DNA from: Candidatus Latescibacterota bacterium
GTDB taxonomy: Bacteria > Latescibacterota > UBA2968 > UBA8231
DNA: 64,000 nt
Assembly: GCA_963422735.1 (NCBI GenBank)
Contig: OY730476.1
Span: 1,344,001-1,408,000, forward strand
Reading direction: 5' to 3'
The translations under genes and the position numbers were made by a program. Under the pieces are notes generated by a model. The model worked only from the letters and a program-made list of their open reading frames with translations, did not search any database and had not been told where the DNA came from. Shown here piece by piece: positions 30,985 through 40,984 of this stretch. The first letter of the stretch is position 1. Each line of letters opens with the position of its first letter.

Positions 30985-33647
30985 TTGATAAAGACCATTT
31001 TTTTGGCGTGGGCAATTGGCCCGACGCGCAACACATAGTAATACATGCCACTAGCCACGCGCTCGCCCCGCTCGTCGCGGCCATCCCAAGAGGTGCTGTA
31101 CAATCCCGGAGCCGCCAAGTCCTCGACCAAGTGCCGCACCAAGCCGCCGGTCGAGGTGCGGACTTCCAGTTCGACCATGGTCTGGCCGGCGACAATGGGG
31201 TCGTTGATCCCGATCTGATAGTCGATCTGCGTAGCCTCGTTGAACGGGTTGGGGTAATTCTGTCCCAAGGCAAAGTCCAAGGGTACGCGCGGGTCGAAGT
31301 TGAGGAAGGGCCGCCAGCTAACATCGCCGCTGATCCGGGCCTCGATCCAGCTCTCGTCGGTTTGCCCCCACCAATTGTTGATCGCCTGCAGCGGTTGCTT
31401 GGAGCGGTTGTCGAGCAATTGCTCGCTATCTTGAACGCCGTTCAAGACCAGTCGCGCCGGCACTACGCTCCCCTCCACCTGCAGAGCCAACGTATTGCGG
31501 GTGAATTGATTGCGGACGATACGCGGCCGCGCGCTTCTAGACCAAAGGCCGACCTCGTGATTGTACAGCGCGTTGCCCTCGATTTCGACTTCTCGCGTCT
31601 CCACGCAGTAAATCCCGATGCCTCCGGCAAACGCATTGCCCATCACCTTGCCGCTGGCCCCCCGCCCCAAGACCAAGTTGGCCTCTTCAGGCGCGGCCGA
31701 GCCGTTGGCGTTGAAGCGGCTATCGAGCAACGACAAAAACCCGCCCTCGCGCCAGAGGCCAGCGCGACCATTGGCGCGCAGCTCGGCTTGGTTTATCCGC
31801 GTCAAGCCCCGGCCTGCAATCCAAATGCCTACCTCACCTGCCGCTTCGACCTGTACGCCATTAAAGCGGATCTCTTCGTCAACCGCCCCTAAGCGAATGC
31901 CATCCGCGCTAGCTTGGTGGACTTCCACCTCTTCCAAGGTCAAGGCTTGGTCGAGCTTCTCGGCCAATAGACCATAGCGGGCGTGTTCGATGCGGGCGCG
32001 GCGCAAATAGGCCAAGGCCGTTGGCTGCAGCACGATGCCCTGCCAATCCCCGGGCTGCGGCTCGGCCGCGGCCGAGCGGAAGACGGCCTGCTCCCGCCCC
32101 AAGGTGCCAACGTTGAAACTGCCGTACACTATCAGCTCCACGCGCGCCGTATCCGCACCCGCGCCCAGCGCATCCGGCCCCACTAGCACCTGCGCGTCGG
32201 TGTGGACATCGAGCTGCCCTCCGGGCAGGACGGTCACGTCGCCGACGACCTCAATGCGGTCGCTCCAGACCTCGACTTCGGTAATCGGACCGGCGCGGCG
32301 GCGGTCTTGCAGCTTGAGGTCGGCCACCATCCGGTCGCCCTCACGGCGGATGCGGGTCGCGCTAATTCCAGTCGTGGACGCTGGGTTGGACGCAGCCCAG
32401 AAGTCGGTAAATAGCTCGCCGTCAAACACGTCAGTGGCGTCTCCGAGGTTGCCGCCAAAATCCGTGCGATAGCGCTCGTCGTGTGCCCAAAAGTCGAGGT
32501 TATCGCGGCCGCTAAACGGGGACGGCTTGCGGCCCAAGGGGAAACCCGCATCGCCAAAAAGCCCATCGGCGCATACTAAGTCCACCAGTTTGATGGCTTC
32601 CATATTATTGCTGTAGCGATTGGGGTTTATGCGCCAGATCAGCAAGCCCTCGCCGGGCAGATTGCGCTCGTAGTAACTGTGCTGGCGGCTGCGAAACTCC
32701 ACGAGGAAAAAGTGCTCGGCGGGCATCGGCGCGGGCAGCAAATACACATCGCCGCCGGCGTTGACATCGGCCAAGACCACGTTGTCCTGATCTTCGCTCA
32801 GCACTTTGAGTTGTTGGTTGTTTACCCCCAGCCAGCCGAGCTGTCCCAAGCTCCAAGCGCAAAAAGGGTTGGGGCCATCTATCCCGCTCCAGCCTCGGTT
32901 GCCATGCCCCATCAAGCCCCAATAGCCAATGCCGCCCGAGTCGTCGTCCAGCTCGGACCCAGGATCGCGGTCGTATAGGTCGGGCAGGCCCAGAAAGTGC
33001 CCAAGCTCGTGTGCCATGCTGCCCACGGCCTCGGCAAAAGACCGCCCGCGCTGCACGGTGCCATTGTCCGAGCGGACCCGGATAGAGCCGCCGCGTTGGG
33101 CGCGGTCTTGGCTCACAAAGTCGCTACCCAACCCGAGCTGGGCGACGCCTGTGGCCTCTTCGATTATAAAACCCGTCGGAGCTGAGGCCGAAACGAGAAA
33201 AATGAAATCCACGTATCCATCGTCGTCGCCGGAGTTGGCCACCCCGTCGGGACCGTCGTTGTCAAAGCGGCCTAAATCCACATCGGCATCAACGGCCTCT
33301 ATGACCTCGCGAGCGAAGCGGCCATAACCGCCCTCCACGCCCGCGTACGCATCGGCATTGCCGTGGGATACATACCAGCGGGGCAGCACCTCGCCGGAGA
33401 GTTCGAATTGCCCGCGCGACATCTCTCGGTAGAAGTGGGTCAGGCTGCCCGGCTGCTCGGCGAAAATCCTCGCCGCAAAAGACGGGACCTCGCGGCCCAA
33501 GCCGCGCTCATCGGCAAAGTGCGCGAAGATGGTCAGGGCGTGGATGTGCCCGGTTTGGGGAACGACGTCTTGCAGGGGGGCCGCGCCTACTTCTGCGGCC
33601 GCGACCCAAGCGGCGACGAGCGCGTTTTTGGCAACGGATTTAAGCAT
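30981..33647 (-). CDS. M6 family (immune inhibitor A-like) metalloprotease with beta-helix and FlgD/T9SS-like C-terminus
   Basis: HELGHFLGLPDLYD; WGLMGHG; ALGQNYPNPFN...WDGRD. Confidence 0.85.
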   Translation of the reverse strand: MLKSVAKNALVAAWVAAAEVGAAPLQDVVPQTGHIHALTIFAHFADERGLGREVPSFAARIFAEQPGSLTHFYREMSRGQFELSGEVLPRWYVSHGNADAYAGVEGGYGRFAREVIEAVDADVDLGRFDNDGPDGVANSGDDDGYVDFIFLVSASAPTGFIIEEATGVAQLGLGSDFVSQDRAQRGGSIRVRSDNGTVQRGRSFAEAVGSMAHELGHFLGLPDLYDRDPGSELDDDSGGIGYWGLMGHGNRGWSGIDGPNPFCAWSLGQLGWLGVNNQQLKVLSEDQDNVVLADVNAGGDVYLLPAPMPAEHFFLVEFRSRQHSYYERNLPGEGLLIWRINPNRYSNNMEAIKLVDLVCADGLFGDAGFPLGRKPSPFSGRDNLDFWAHDERYRTDFGGNLGDATDVFDGELFTDFWAASNPASTTGISATRIRREGDRMVADLKLQDRRRAGPITEVEVWSDRIEVVGDVTVLPGGQLDVHTDAQVLVGPDALGAGADTARVELIVYGSFNVGTLGREQAVFRSAAAEPQPGDWQGIVLQPTALAYLRRARIEHARYGLLAEKLDQALTLEEVEVHQASADGIRLGAVDEEIRFNGVQVEAAGEVGIWIAGRGLTRINQAELRANGRAGLWREGGFLSLLDSRFNANGSAAPEEANLVLGRGASGKVMGNAFAGGIGIYCVETREVEIEGNALYNHEVGLWSRSARPRIVRNQFTRNTLALQVEGSVVPARLVLNGVQDSEQLLDNRSKQPLQAINNWWGQTDESWIEARISGDVSWRPFLNFDPRVPLDFALGQNYPNPFNEATQIDYQIGINDPIVAGQTMVELEVRTSTGGLVRHLVEDLAAPGLYSTSWDGRDERGERVASGMYYYVLRVGPIAHAKKMVFIK

Positions 33648-33667
33648 CAAACTCAGGTGGGGGCGGA

Positions 33668-34807
33668 TCAAGCGGCCCGTTTTTCGAGCAAGAACAAGAA
33701 CTCGCGATTGGCCTGTCCTGCATCTCGCGTCCATTCGTGCGTCCACTTCATATCCGCCATGACGTTCTTCTTGTATTCGAGCGAGACCACGTCTAAGAGC
33801 CTGCCGTGCCTTCTCAGCACGTCGTCCAATTCTTGGGCCGTTGCCCGGCCACCCGAGCTGTAGGACAATATCGTCCAGCGCGCTGGCGTGGCCTCGATGA
33901 GCTGTTCAATGGCCTCGACAGCTCTGAAGCGGCCTCGAGTACCGCAGCGAAACTCCTCAAAGGCGGATGCAGCTACTGAGTCCGCTGTATCGCAGCGGCG
34001 ATTGGCCTTGCCGAAAAGGTCGGGTTTGTCAAAGAGCGCGACGCTCGTCCACACGTGGTAATAAGCGGCATAGCGCACGCGCGATGGCGGCATTTTCTCG
34101 TTATTCGACCCATACGGGGGATCGAAATACGCCAAATCAACCGCGACATGGGGGACGAGATCCAAGATGTCGCGTTGGAATACTCGGTGTGGTAAGGACG
34201 ACGGAACGACGTGGGGGATGTCGAGTACGAGGTCTCCATAGGAGCGAGGCGACCAGTCCTTGAGGTACGAGGCAAAGTGCCCCAAGCTGCTATCAACGCG
34301 ATCCAGTGCCAGCATCAGGCTCGTCAGCGCGACGGCCTTGGATACGGGATCGAGCGCGAGCACTTCGATCTCCTGCCGAATCGCATCGAGCTTGTGGGTA
34401 TTGTGTATTTGCCAAGGCTTCTTGCGGCCATCGCGCTGGATGGAACAGCCGTCGTTGGGCCGTCCTCCATAGTGCTGCGTAAACCACCCATCCACCGGCG
34501 GCACGGCGTTGAGGTGATCGATGAGTAGTTGGTACTCCTCGCGCTTCTGCCTGTTGAGCAGATAGCACGTGCCAAACACCTTGGACCACGCGGCAATGTC
34601 GTTGCAGACGACCGTATAGCCGCGCCGAGCGAGGGCCTGCGATACGCGCGTCGTGCCAGAGAACCCATCCAAAACGGTCTTGGCCCCCACTTTTTCGACC
34701 ATCTGCAAAATGTGCGGGAGAAGTTTCAACTTGGATCCGGCGTACTTGATGCCCTGTGTGGGAGGAACATCTACGACTATATCGCCAAAAAGCGGCAGTT
34801 GCGTCAC
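33668..34807 (-). CDS. DNA adenine methyltransferase (D12 class)
   Basis: KYAGSK, LDGFSGT, YFDPPY. Confidence 0.9.
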   Translation of the reverse strand: MTQLPLFGDIVVDVPPTQGIKYAGSKLKLLPHILQMVEKVGAKTVLDGFSGTTRVSQALARRGYTVVCNDIAAWSKVFGTCYLLNRQKREEYQLLIDHLNAVPPVDGWFTQHYGGRPNDGCSIQRDGRKKPWQIHNTHKLDAIRQEIEVLALDPVSKAVALTSLMLALDRVDSSLGHFASYLKDWSPRSYGDLVLDIPHVVPSSLPHRVFQRDILDLVPHVAVDLAYFDPPYGSNNEKMPPSRVRYAAYYHVWTSVALFDKPDLFGKANRRCDTADSVAASAFEEFRCGTRGRFRAVEAIEQLIEATPARWTILSYSSGGRATAQELDDVLRRHGRLLDVVSLEYKKNVMADMKWTHEWTRDAGQANREFLFLLEKRAA

Positions 34808-35653
34808 GGTGCTATCCCCGATCTGCGCCGCAATCGCGCAATATCTTTTTTGATCTCAGCCAAGGCCGCTTTGTGTCCAGCCGATGATGACACCAGCGCA
34901 TGAGAAAACAGCTTGACGAGTAACGGGTTGTGCGAATAGCCGATCCACCCTCCAGTGATGCTCTCGAAATAGCTCAGCCCGTTTTTGGTGTGAGTCCACA
35001 GGCCGCGTTGCAGCGCATTTGCCGCGGCATCGCCATAGCGCACCCCGCAGATATAGTCCCCAGCTATATTGTAAAAGCGATATACAGGGTGCTTTCTGCC
35101 TTTTCCCCCTTCCTCTTTCGCAATGCGAGACGCCTCGCTCATTGCACGGTTGTAGTCAAACACGAGAATGTTGCAGCGTTGATTCTTCTCGTCGTAGATA
35201 AGCGGCAGCACGTTGATATTGCGAAACTCAACAAATGCAGGATCTTGCAAAACTTTTTGCACCGCCATTCGCCCCCTTACTTCAGATCCCTCTTTTTCTA
35301 ACCGCGGAAACATGCGGAAGTTCTTGTCGTTGGAAAGCTGAAGAGGACCATCCCCGTACGCTTTGAGGCTGACCGGAAACTCAGCTTTGGTAATTTCGTT
35401 GACGACCTTAAATATCTTCCTCTTTCGATTTTGCCCGATAAAGATCTTTGCCGACGTGAATGGAGCGAAAGTCGTACATGTATTGATTGATGAATTCGGC
35501 AATTGCTGTCTCGGCCAAGTCGCCGTGCGTTTTGTTCCCAACAAGACGCATGGTAAAGACATTGCCGAGCGTGGTCGTGATCAAATCTGGGTGTTTGCCG
35601 CTTAACAGCTTCAAGCGAGCGATGAAGTCTTTGTACGAGTTTGGGCCGTTCAT
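34804..35653 (-). pseudogene. Putative type II restriction endonuclease, frameshifted
   Basis: Two overlapping ORFs join near 35410 (EEDI/KVVN); VSLKAYG; coupled to the MTase; lower GC. Confidence 0.6.
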
Positions 35654-35738
35654 ACGGATGCTCTAACTCCTGAAAATGTCGATGGTTAAAAAGATAAAAG
35701 ATGTTCTATAGGAGGCATATTTCAAATTATCTGCGCCT

Positions 35739-37289
35739 CTAGTACTTGTCAATATGGCCTCGGCTCCAGTCGATCTGCACGCCGCCGTAGTGCCTCAACC
35801 GCTGGTCTCGCTGGATGCGGTAGCGGCTACTCAGCCGCCAACCTCCATAGGCGACCGCCACGAGCGCGTACCCGCGCCAACCCGTGCCGTAGAGTGGGCG
35901 AATGCTCACGGCCCCGGGCAGGTCCATCTCGTATTCGTAGATCCGCGTCCAATACGAGTCCGTGTGGAAGCGACTTATATGCAAGGTAAGCCAGCGCGTC
36001 TTAAACCGCACGCTGCCCAAAAGACCCCATTCGGCGCGGGCAGCGCGATGCCAGCGCACCCACTCGCCGCGCCAGCGCCAAGCTCCTCGGTCCAAGTCCA
36101 AACGCCATTTGTGGCTGCGCTCTTGGACCAACCGTTCGTCCGCCCAGTGCGGCCGCAGACGTCTCTGCCACTGCCCGTGCATCGCCCAGCGGCGACCCAA
36201 CCGCCGCCGCAGCTCGCCCCCCCAAGTAGCATACGCGGCCGGCACCGGTATGAAGTATGAGCGCGCCGGCCGGCGGTACCCATCCATGTACGCACGCCAG
36301 CCCCGACCGCTGATTTCGGCGACGACGCCCCGTTCGTTTTGCATAGATGAGGTACCTGGTGCCGCGCCAAAGAAGCTGTGCAACCCCGGCGCGTAGTAGC
36401 GGCCCAGCGTCCGCAGCCGCAGACCCCCGGATCGCACTCGCAGCTCCCCGACCATCCCCCAGTGCCCCACCCCATCGCTAGCCACCTCCAACGCCGCCCG
36501 TCCTCGGTCCCAATCCACTCGCACATCCACGGCCCCCATGCACTGCTTGTCGCCGACAAAACCCCAAGGCGTCCGCCCATTCCGGCGCAAGTCGAGACGG
36601 TGGGAAAAGCCCAAGGCCAGCAGGGTCGTGCCCCATTGCCAATACTCGCCCCGCCAGTGCAGCCGACCGCCACCAGCGCGGATGCCCAACAGGTCTCGAC
36701 CGGCCACCTCAGTCGCCGTCACGTGATAGCCGCTCTCTGGCAGAGACCGCACCTGACCCCGCTCGTCCAAACGCCCGTCCCGGCGCGTCCACCCCCCGAG
36801 CGCAATCCCGGTCCACGCACGGCCCTCGTAGCGCCACGCCGCGCCGCGCAGGGCGTTATTTTCTCCACTAGAGCGATACCCCAAGCGCCGACTGTCTCCC
36901 GCCGGCATCCTCGGCGCGATACGCCCGCGTCGGCTACGCCCAAACACCAATCCTGCACCCGTGCCGGGCCGCAGATCGCCGACGACCCATTCGGATCGCT
37001 GGCCCTGCATCGCGTAGTAAAACGTTCTAAAATCGCTCCACCCGGACTCGCCTGGATCGCGCTCGGCCAAGCCAAAAAACGCCTGGTCGCCGGCCGGCGC
37101 GACCTCCACCCGCTGATAGAACTGCCACCTTTCCCAATCTGCTTCAGCCCCACGCACCCGCCACCGCACGGCCGTGTCCAGCTCCCCCAAGTCGTCCAAC
37201 CGCTGCTCCAAATATCCCGCGTCTTCCTCCCCCAAATCCCCCTCTGCCCACACCGGGCCGACCAATGCGAATACCAACAGTCGCCACAT
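35739..37289 (-). CDS. Putative outer-membrane beta-barrel protein resembling the C-terminal part of Bacteroidota helix-hairpin-helix/ComEA-like proteins
   Basis: Signal peptide; ERDPGE, GAGLV and FHTDSYWTRIYEYE motifs; Trp/Arg-rich amphipathic strands. Confidence 0.55.
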   Translation of the reverse strand: MWRLLVFALVGPVWAEGDLGEEDAGYLEQRLDDLGELDTAVRWRVRGAEADWERWQFYQRVEVAPAGDQAFFGLAERDPGESGWSDFRTFYYAMQGQRSEWVVGDLRPGTGAGLVFGRSRRGRIAPRMPAGDSRRLGYRSSGENNALRGAAWRYEGRAWTGIALGGWTRRDGRLDERGQVRSLPESGYHVTATEVAGRDLLGIRAGGGRLHWRGEYWQWGTTLLALGFSHRLDLRRNGRTPWGFVGDKQCMGAVDVRVDWDRGRAALEVASDGVGHWGMVGELRVRSGGLRLRTLGRYYAPGLHSFFGAAPGTSSMQNERGVVAEISGRGWRAYMDGYRRPARSYFIPVPAAYATWGGELRRRLGRRWAMHGQWQRRLRPHWADERLVQERSHKWRLDLDRGAWRWRGEWVRWHRAARAEWGLLGSVRFKTRWLTLHISRFHTDSYWTRIYEYEMDLPGAVSIRPLYGTGWRGYALVAVAYGGWRLSSRYRIQRDQRLRHYGGVQIDWSRGHIDKY

Positions 37290-37473
37290 AGGCTGTCCTC
37301 CTTTTTGCCGACTTATGCAAAGATCGTGCCATACCACCTCCCGTCCTATTTGCGACGCCCAGCCCTGTACCCTTCTCAACCCACCTCTGGCTCCTTTGAT
37401 CTATAGGCGACCCGCCCGTATTTTTGCAAGCCATCTCATACAATAGCCATAAAAGGGATCTCCATAATGCCGG

Positions 37474-38064
37474 GTGAATACAAATACAATATCCCTCCTG
37501 TTCCAACGGTTTATTAAAGATCGTCAGTACCGATCTCGGCTAGGGGCCAAGTGGGCCGCTTTTTTCGATCTGGTGGGCTGGCAATACGAATACGAGCCGT
37601 GCGATCTCAATGGCTGGTTTCCCGATTTCGCGCTCTACGGCAAGAGACTCGACGGTAAGGAGACGACCATCCTCTGTGAGGTAAAGCCAATTGTCGCGTT
37701 TGATGAGCGCACCGCCGAGCGCAGGCGGAATGCTCTTGCTGGGACCTATTACCAAAATAGCGAATTGCTGTTGCTGGGTAGCGGGCCTGTTAGGGATGGG
37801 AATGCGAACAGGCTTCACTTGGGATGGTTGTATGAACAGCCGCATGGTCCATGGGGTGCGGCTGTGTTCCGTGCGTACGGGGTTCGCAGCAGAACAACGC
37901 TAACCTATACGTACGGTTTTTCCCATGAGTCTGGCTCTTCTGCCGATCGCATCACAGGGTACCACCAAGAGGGACGACAAATAGCTCCAGAAGACTGTAG
38001 GCTCGAGTCGCTCAGCACTTTATGGCAAGAGGCCGGCAACAGAAGCTCAATACAACCCCCCTGA
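37474..38064 (+). CDS. PD-(D/E)XK nuclease-like hypothetical protein
   Basis: YRSRLGAKWAAFFD...YEYEP...PDF...EVK. Confidence 0.65.
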   Translation: MNTNTISLLFQRFIKDRQYRSRLGAKWAAFFDLVGWQYEYEPCDLNGWFPDFALYGKRLDGKETTILCEVKPIVAFDERTAERRRNALAGTYYQNSELLLLGSGPVRDGNANRLHLGWLYEQPHGPWGAAVFRAYGVRSRTTLTYTYGFSHESGSSADRITGYHQEGRQIAPEDCRLESLSTLWQEAGNRSSIQPP

Positions 38065-38178
38065 AACACCTCAGCCTACTGCCGGTCCGGTAGTGCCGTC
38101 TCCGGTAACGGCGTCTGTAAGGAGCCACCTATCAACCCAGAGAAACTTAAAAAAAAGAAGAACGCTGGGATTTGGATT

Positions 38179-38949
38179 GTGAGTGGCGCGTTTATTGCCG
38201 TCATCTTCAGCGTTCTTCTTTTACAGCACCATCAAACTGCGGATCGAACCGTTCAACTGGAGAAGAAAAAGTGGCGCGGGCTGACGGTCGCGCCCGAACA
38301 ACGCTGCTCTCCCTACAGCCGGCGCGACTATCCCTACTCGCAATCGGTTGAGCCGCGCATTGTAGAAACGCTTGGCAACCGCATCTACGGCCCCTATACC
38401 AAGCAAGTCTTCACGGACTTAAAGCAGACACACATAGACCACATCGTCGCTATGTCCGAGGCTCACGACAGCGGCCTGTGCGCGGCCACCGCCGCGACCC
38501 GCCGCGACTTCGCGTCCGACCTGCTGAACCTGACCTTGGCCAGCCCGGAAGTGAACGGATGCAGAACGGGAGGCAAATGCGCCCAAGACGCGGCCGAGTG
38601 GCTGCCGCAGCAAAACCAGTGCTGGTTTGCCGGCCGCGTCGTCGAGGTGCGCCGCAAGTACCACCTCACCATCGACCACCGCGAGGCCGACGCCTTAGAC
38701 CGCGTGTTGGCGGCTTGCCCTTCCACAGCCCTGATCGGGCCGGAGGACGATTTCTTAGTAGAGACCCCGCCCGACGAAACGCCGCCCGAGCCGGAGGAAG
38801 GCGACCCGCTTACGCTGTGGGACGACAACGGCAACGGGCGCATCACTTGCGCGGAGGCACGCCGCCACGGCATCGCTCCGGTGCCGCGCAACCATCCGGC
38901 TTATCCATTTATGCGCGACGGCGATGGAGATGGCGTAGTTTGCGAATAA
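38179..38949 (+). CDS. Secreted HNH/DUF1524 nuclease with excalibur Ca-binding domain
   Basis: IDHIVA..EAHDSG, NLTLA...N, C-terminal CAEAR...RDGDGDGVVCE. Confidence 0.85.
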   Translation: MSGAFIAVIFSVLLLQHHQTADRTVQLEKKKWRGLTVAPEQRCSPYSRRDYPYSQSVEPRIVETLGNRIYGPYTKQVFTDLKQTHIDHIVAMSEAHDSGLCAATAATRRDFASDLLNLTLASPEVNGCRTGGKCAQDAAEWLPQQNQCWFAGRVVEVRRKYHLTIDHREADALDRVLAACPSTALIGPEDDFLVETPPDETPPEPEEGDPLTLWDDNGNGRITCAEARRHGIAPVPRNHPAYPFMRDGDGDGVVCE

Positions 38950-39022
38950 ACCCATCAGCTGGCTCGAATCGTCGCTGGCCGTATTCTATCGAAGCCTGTA
39001 TCGTTACCTATTGAGGATCGCG

Positions 39023-39617
39023 ATGAAGGAAATAGGTATTTCCGAATTCAAGGCGAAGTGCATCGACGAATTGAAAAAGGTGCAACGGACGGGGGAACCA
39101 CTCCTGGTGACTTTGGATAAACGGCCCATAGCCACGGTCAACCCATACCGCGAAGAAAGCCACTCAAACAGAGAACTAGGCAAACTGCGCGGCCGGATGA
39201 CCATCCACGGCGACATCGTTCATACTGATTTCGGGGATGAGTGGGAGATCCTACTCGACACGCATGTGTGGATATGGTCGCAGGAATCGCCGGAACAACT
39301 CGGTCCAGATGCACGGGACACCGTCGCCGACGAAGCCAACGCGCTTCTCGTCTCAACTACATCACCGCTGGAAATCGCACGCTTAGTGTGGGGAGGTCGG
39401 CTGGCTATCCGAATCGCTCAATGCACTGCTTGCCGAAACCGTTCCCCTCACCCACGAGATCGCCATTGCGGCCTATAATCTGCCCGGGGAATTTTACCGC
39501 GACTCTGCCGACCGAATGCTGATCGCTACCGCCGTCGTGCACGACCTGACCTTTATGACCGCTGATGAGCGCCTCCTAGCTCATCCCCATCTACTCTCGC
39601 TCAACGCACGCAGTTGA
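39023..39617 (+). pseudogene. Phd/YefM antitoxin fused in frame to a degraded VapC (PIN) toxin
   Basis: ISEFKAKC...LLDTHVWIW in one ORF; HRDSADRMLIATA...TADERL in a shifted frame. Confidence 0.75.
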
Positions 39618-39731
39618 AAAATCCGAACACAGAGATAGCAATCCATGCGGCCCTGCAAGCCTTCGCTGCCTCAGTGACCGCGAAAATGGCGCAAGTTACC
39701 TCTAAGCCTAATCCCCACAAGGAGCTACCCT

Positions 39732-40550
39732 ATGAAATTCGCCACCTGTAACGAGTATTTCACCGACTGGCCCATCGAAGAGGTCTTCGACTATGCGGCC
39801 GGCCTCGGGTACGATGCCGTCGAAATCGCCCCCTTTACCCTCGCGGACCGCGTCGCAGACATTCCGGCGGCGCGCCGCGTCCAAATCCGCGCTGCTGCCG
39901 AACGAGCCGGCGTGGAAATCGCGGGCCTACATTGGCTCTTGGCCAGTCCCGACGGGCTATACATCACCCATCCCGACCCAGCCATCTACCAGCGCACCTG
40001 CGCCTATTTCAAGGAGCTAGTCCAATTCTGCGGCGACCTCGGCGGCCAAGTGATGATCATGGGCTCGCCCATGCAGCGCAACGTGCAGGAAGGTTGGGAG
40101 TACCAAGAGTGCTGGAACCGCATGCGCGGAGCATTTGAAAGCAGTTTGGAGTTGGCCCAGCAGCACGGCGTCTATCTCTGCATAGAGTCGCTGAGCAAGG
40201 AGCAGACGAACATCGTCTCCACCTGTGCGGAAGCGCGCAAAATGGTCGCCGAGATTGACCACCCGCATTTCCAGACCATGGTCGATGTATGCTCCGGCTC
40301 GACCGAAGAAATGCCCGTCGTTCAGCTTTTGCGCGACTGTGGCGAGCACCTCTACCACGTCCACGTCAACGACGCCAACAAGCGCGGCCCGGGCTTTGGC
40401 AACACGGACTTCGCCAACGTCATGCGGACGCTGAAGGAGCTGGACTATCAGCGCTACGTCTCAGTGGAAGTGTTCGATTTTAGCCCGGATCCGCGCACCA
40501 TTGCCGCCGGCAGCCTGTACTACCTAAAGGGCCTCGCCGCCGCGTTGTGA
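39732..40550 (+). CDS. Sugar phosphate isomerase/epimerase (TIM barrel)
   Basis: GYDAVEI, CIESL, HVHVND, SVEVF. Confidence 0.9.
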   Translation: MKFATCNEYFTDWPIEEVFDYAAGLGYDAVEIAPFTLADRVADIPAARRVQIRAAAERAGVEIAGLHWLLASPDGLYITHPDPAIYQRTCAYFKELVQFCGDLGGQVMIMGSPMQRNVQEGWEYQECWNRMRGAFESSLELAQQHGVYLCIESLSKEQTNIVSTCAEARKMVAEIDHPHFQTMVDVCSGSTEEMPVVQLLRDCGEHLYHVHVNDANKRGPGFGNTDFANVMRTLKELDYQRYVSVEVFDFSPDPRTIAAGSLYYLKGLAAAL

Positions 40551-40609
40551 CGCTTGACACTAGCACCCTTTTTGCGAACTTTCGGGCACTCATAAAGAAA
40601 GGATTTCAC

Positions 40610-40984
40610 ATGCCTAACTACACCTTCAACCACATCCACCACGAGGCCGTCGACGTCCATGCCGCGGTCGCCTGGTACAAAAATCTCTTCGGCGCCACCA
40701 GCGATCCGCCCTTTGAGCGCGGCGGTGCGACTTGGGTTCCGGTCCACATCGGCGCAGTGCAAATCACCGTCACGGACCGCGAGTTTGCCCCTATGGAATT
40801 GGAGCGCTACCAAGGCTACGACCACCTCGCCCTCGTCTCCGACGACTTCGATCAAACCCTCGCCGATATAGCCGAGCACGGCGTCGAGATATGGATGGGG
40901 CCGGTGACGCTCGATGACGGCAACCGCATCGTCTTCATCAACGGCCCGGACAACATCAAGATCGAGCTGATGGAGCAAAGCTGA
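40610..40984 (+). CDS. VOC/glyoxalase family protein
   Basis: FNHIH, DHLAL, GPDNIKIEL. Confidence 0.88.
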   Translation: MPNYTFNHIHHEAVDVHAAVAWYKNLFGATSDPPFERGGATWVPVHIGAVQITVTDREFAPMELERYQGYDHLALVSDDFDQTLADIAEHGVEIWMGPVTLDDGNRIVFINGPDNIKIELMEQS

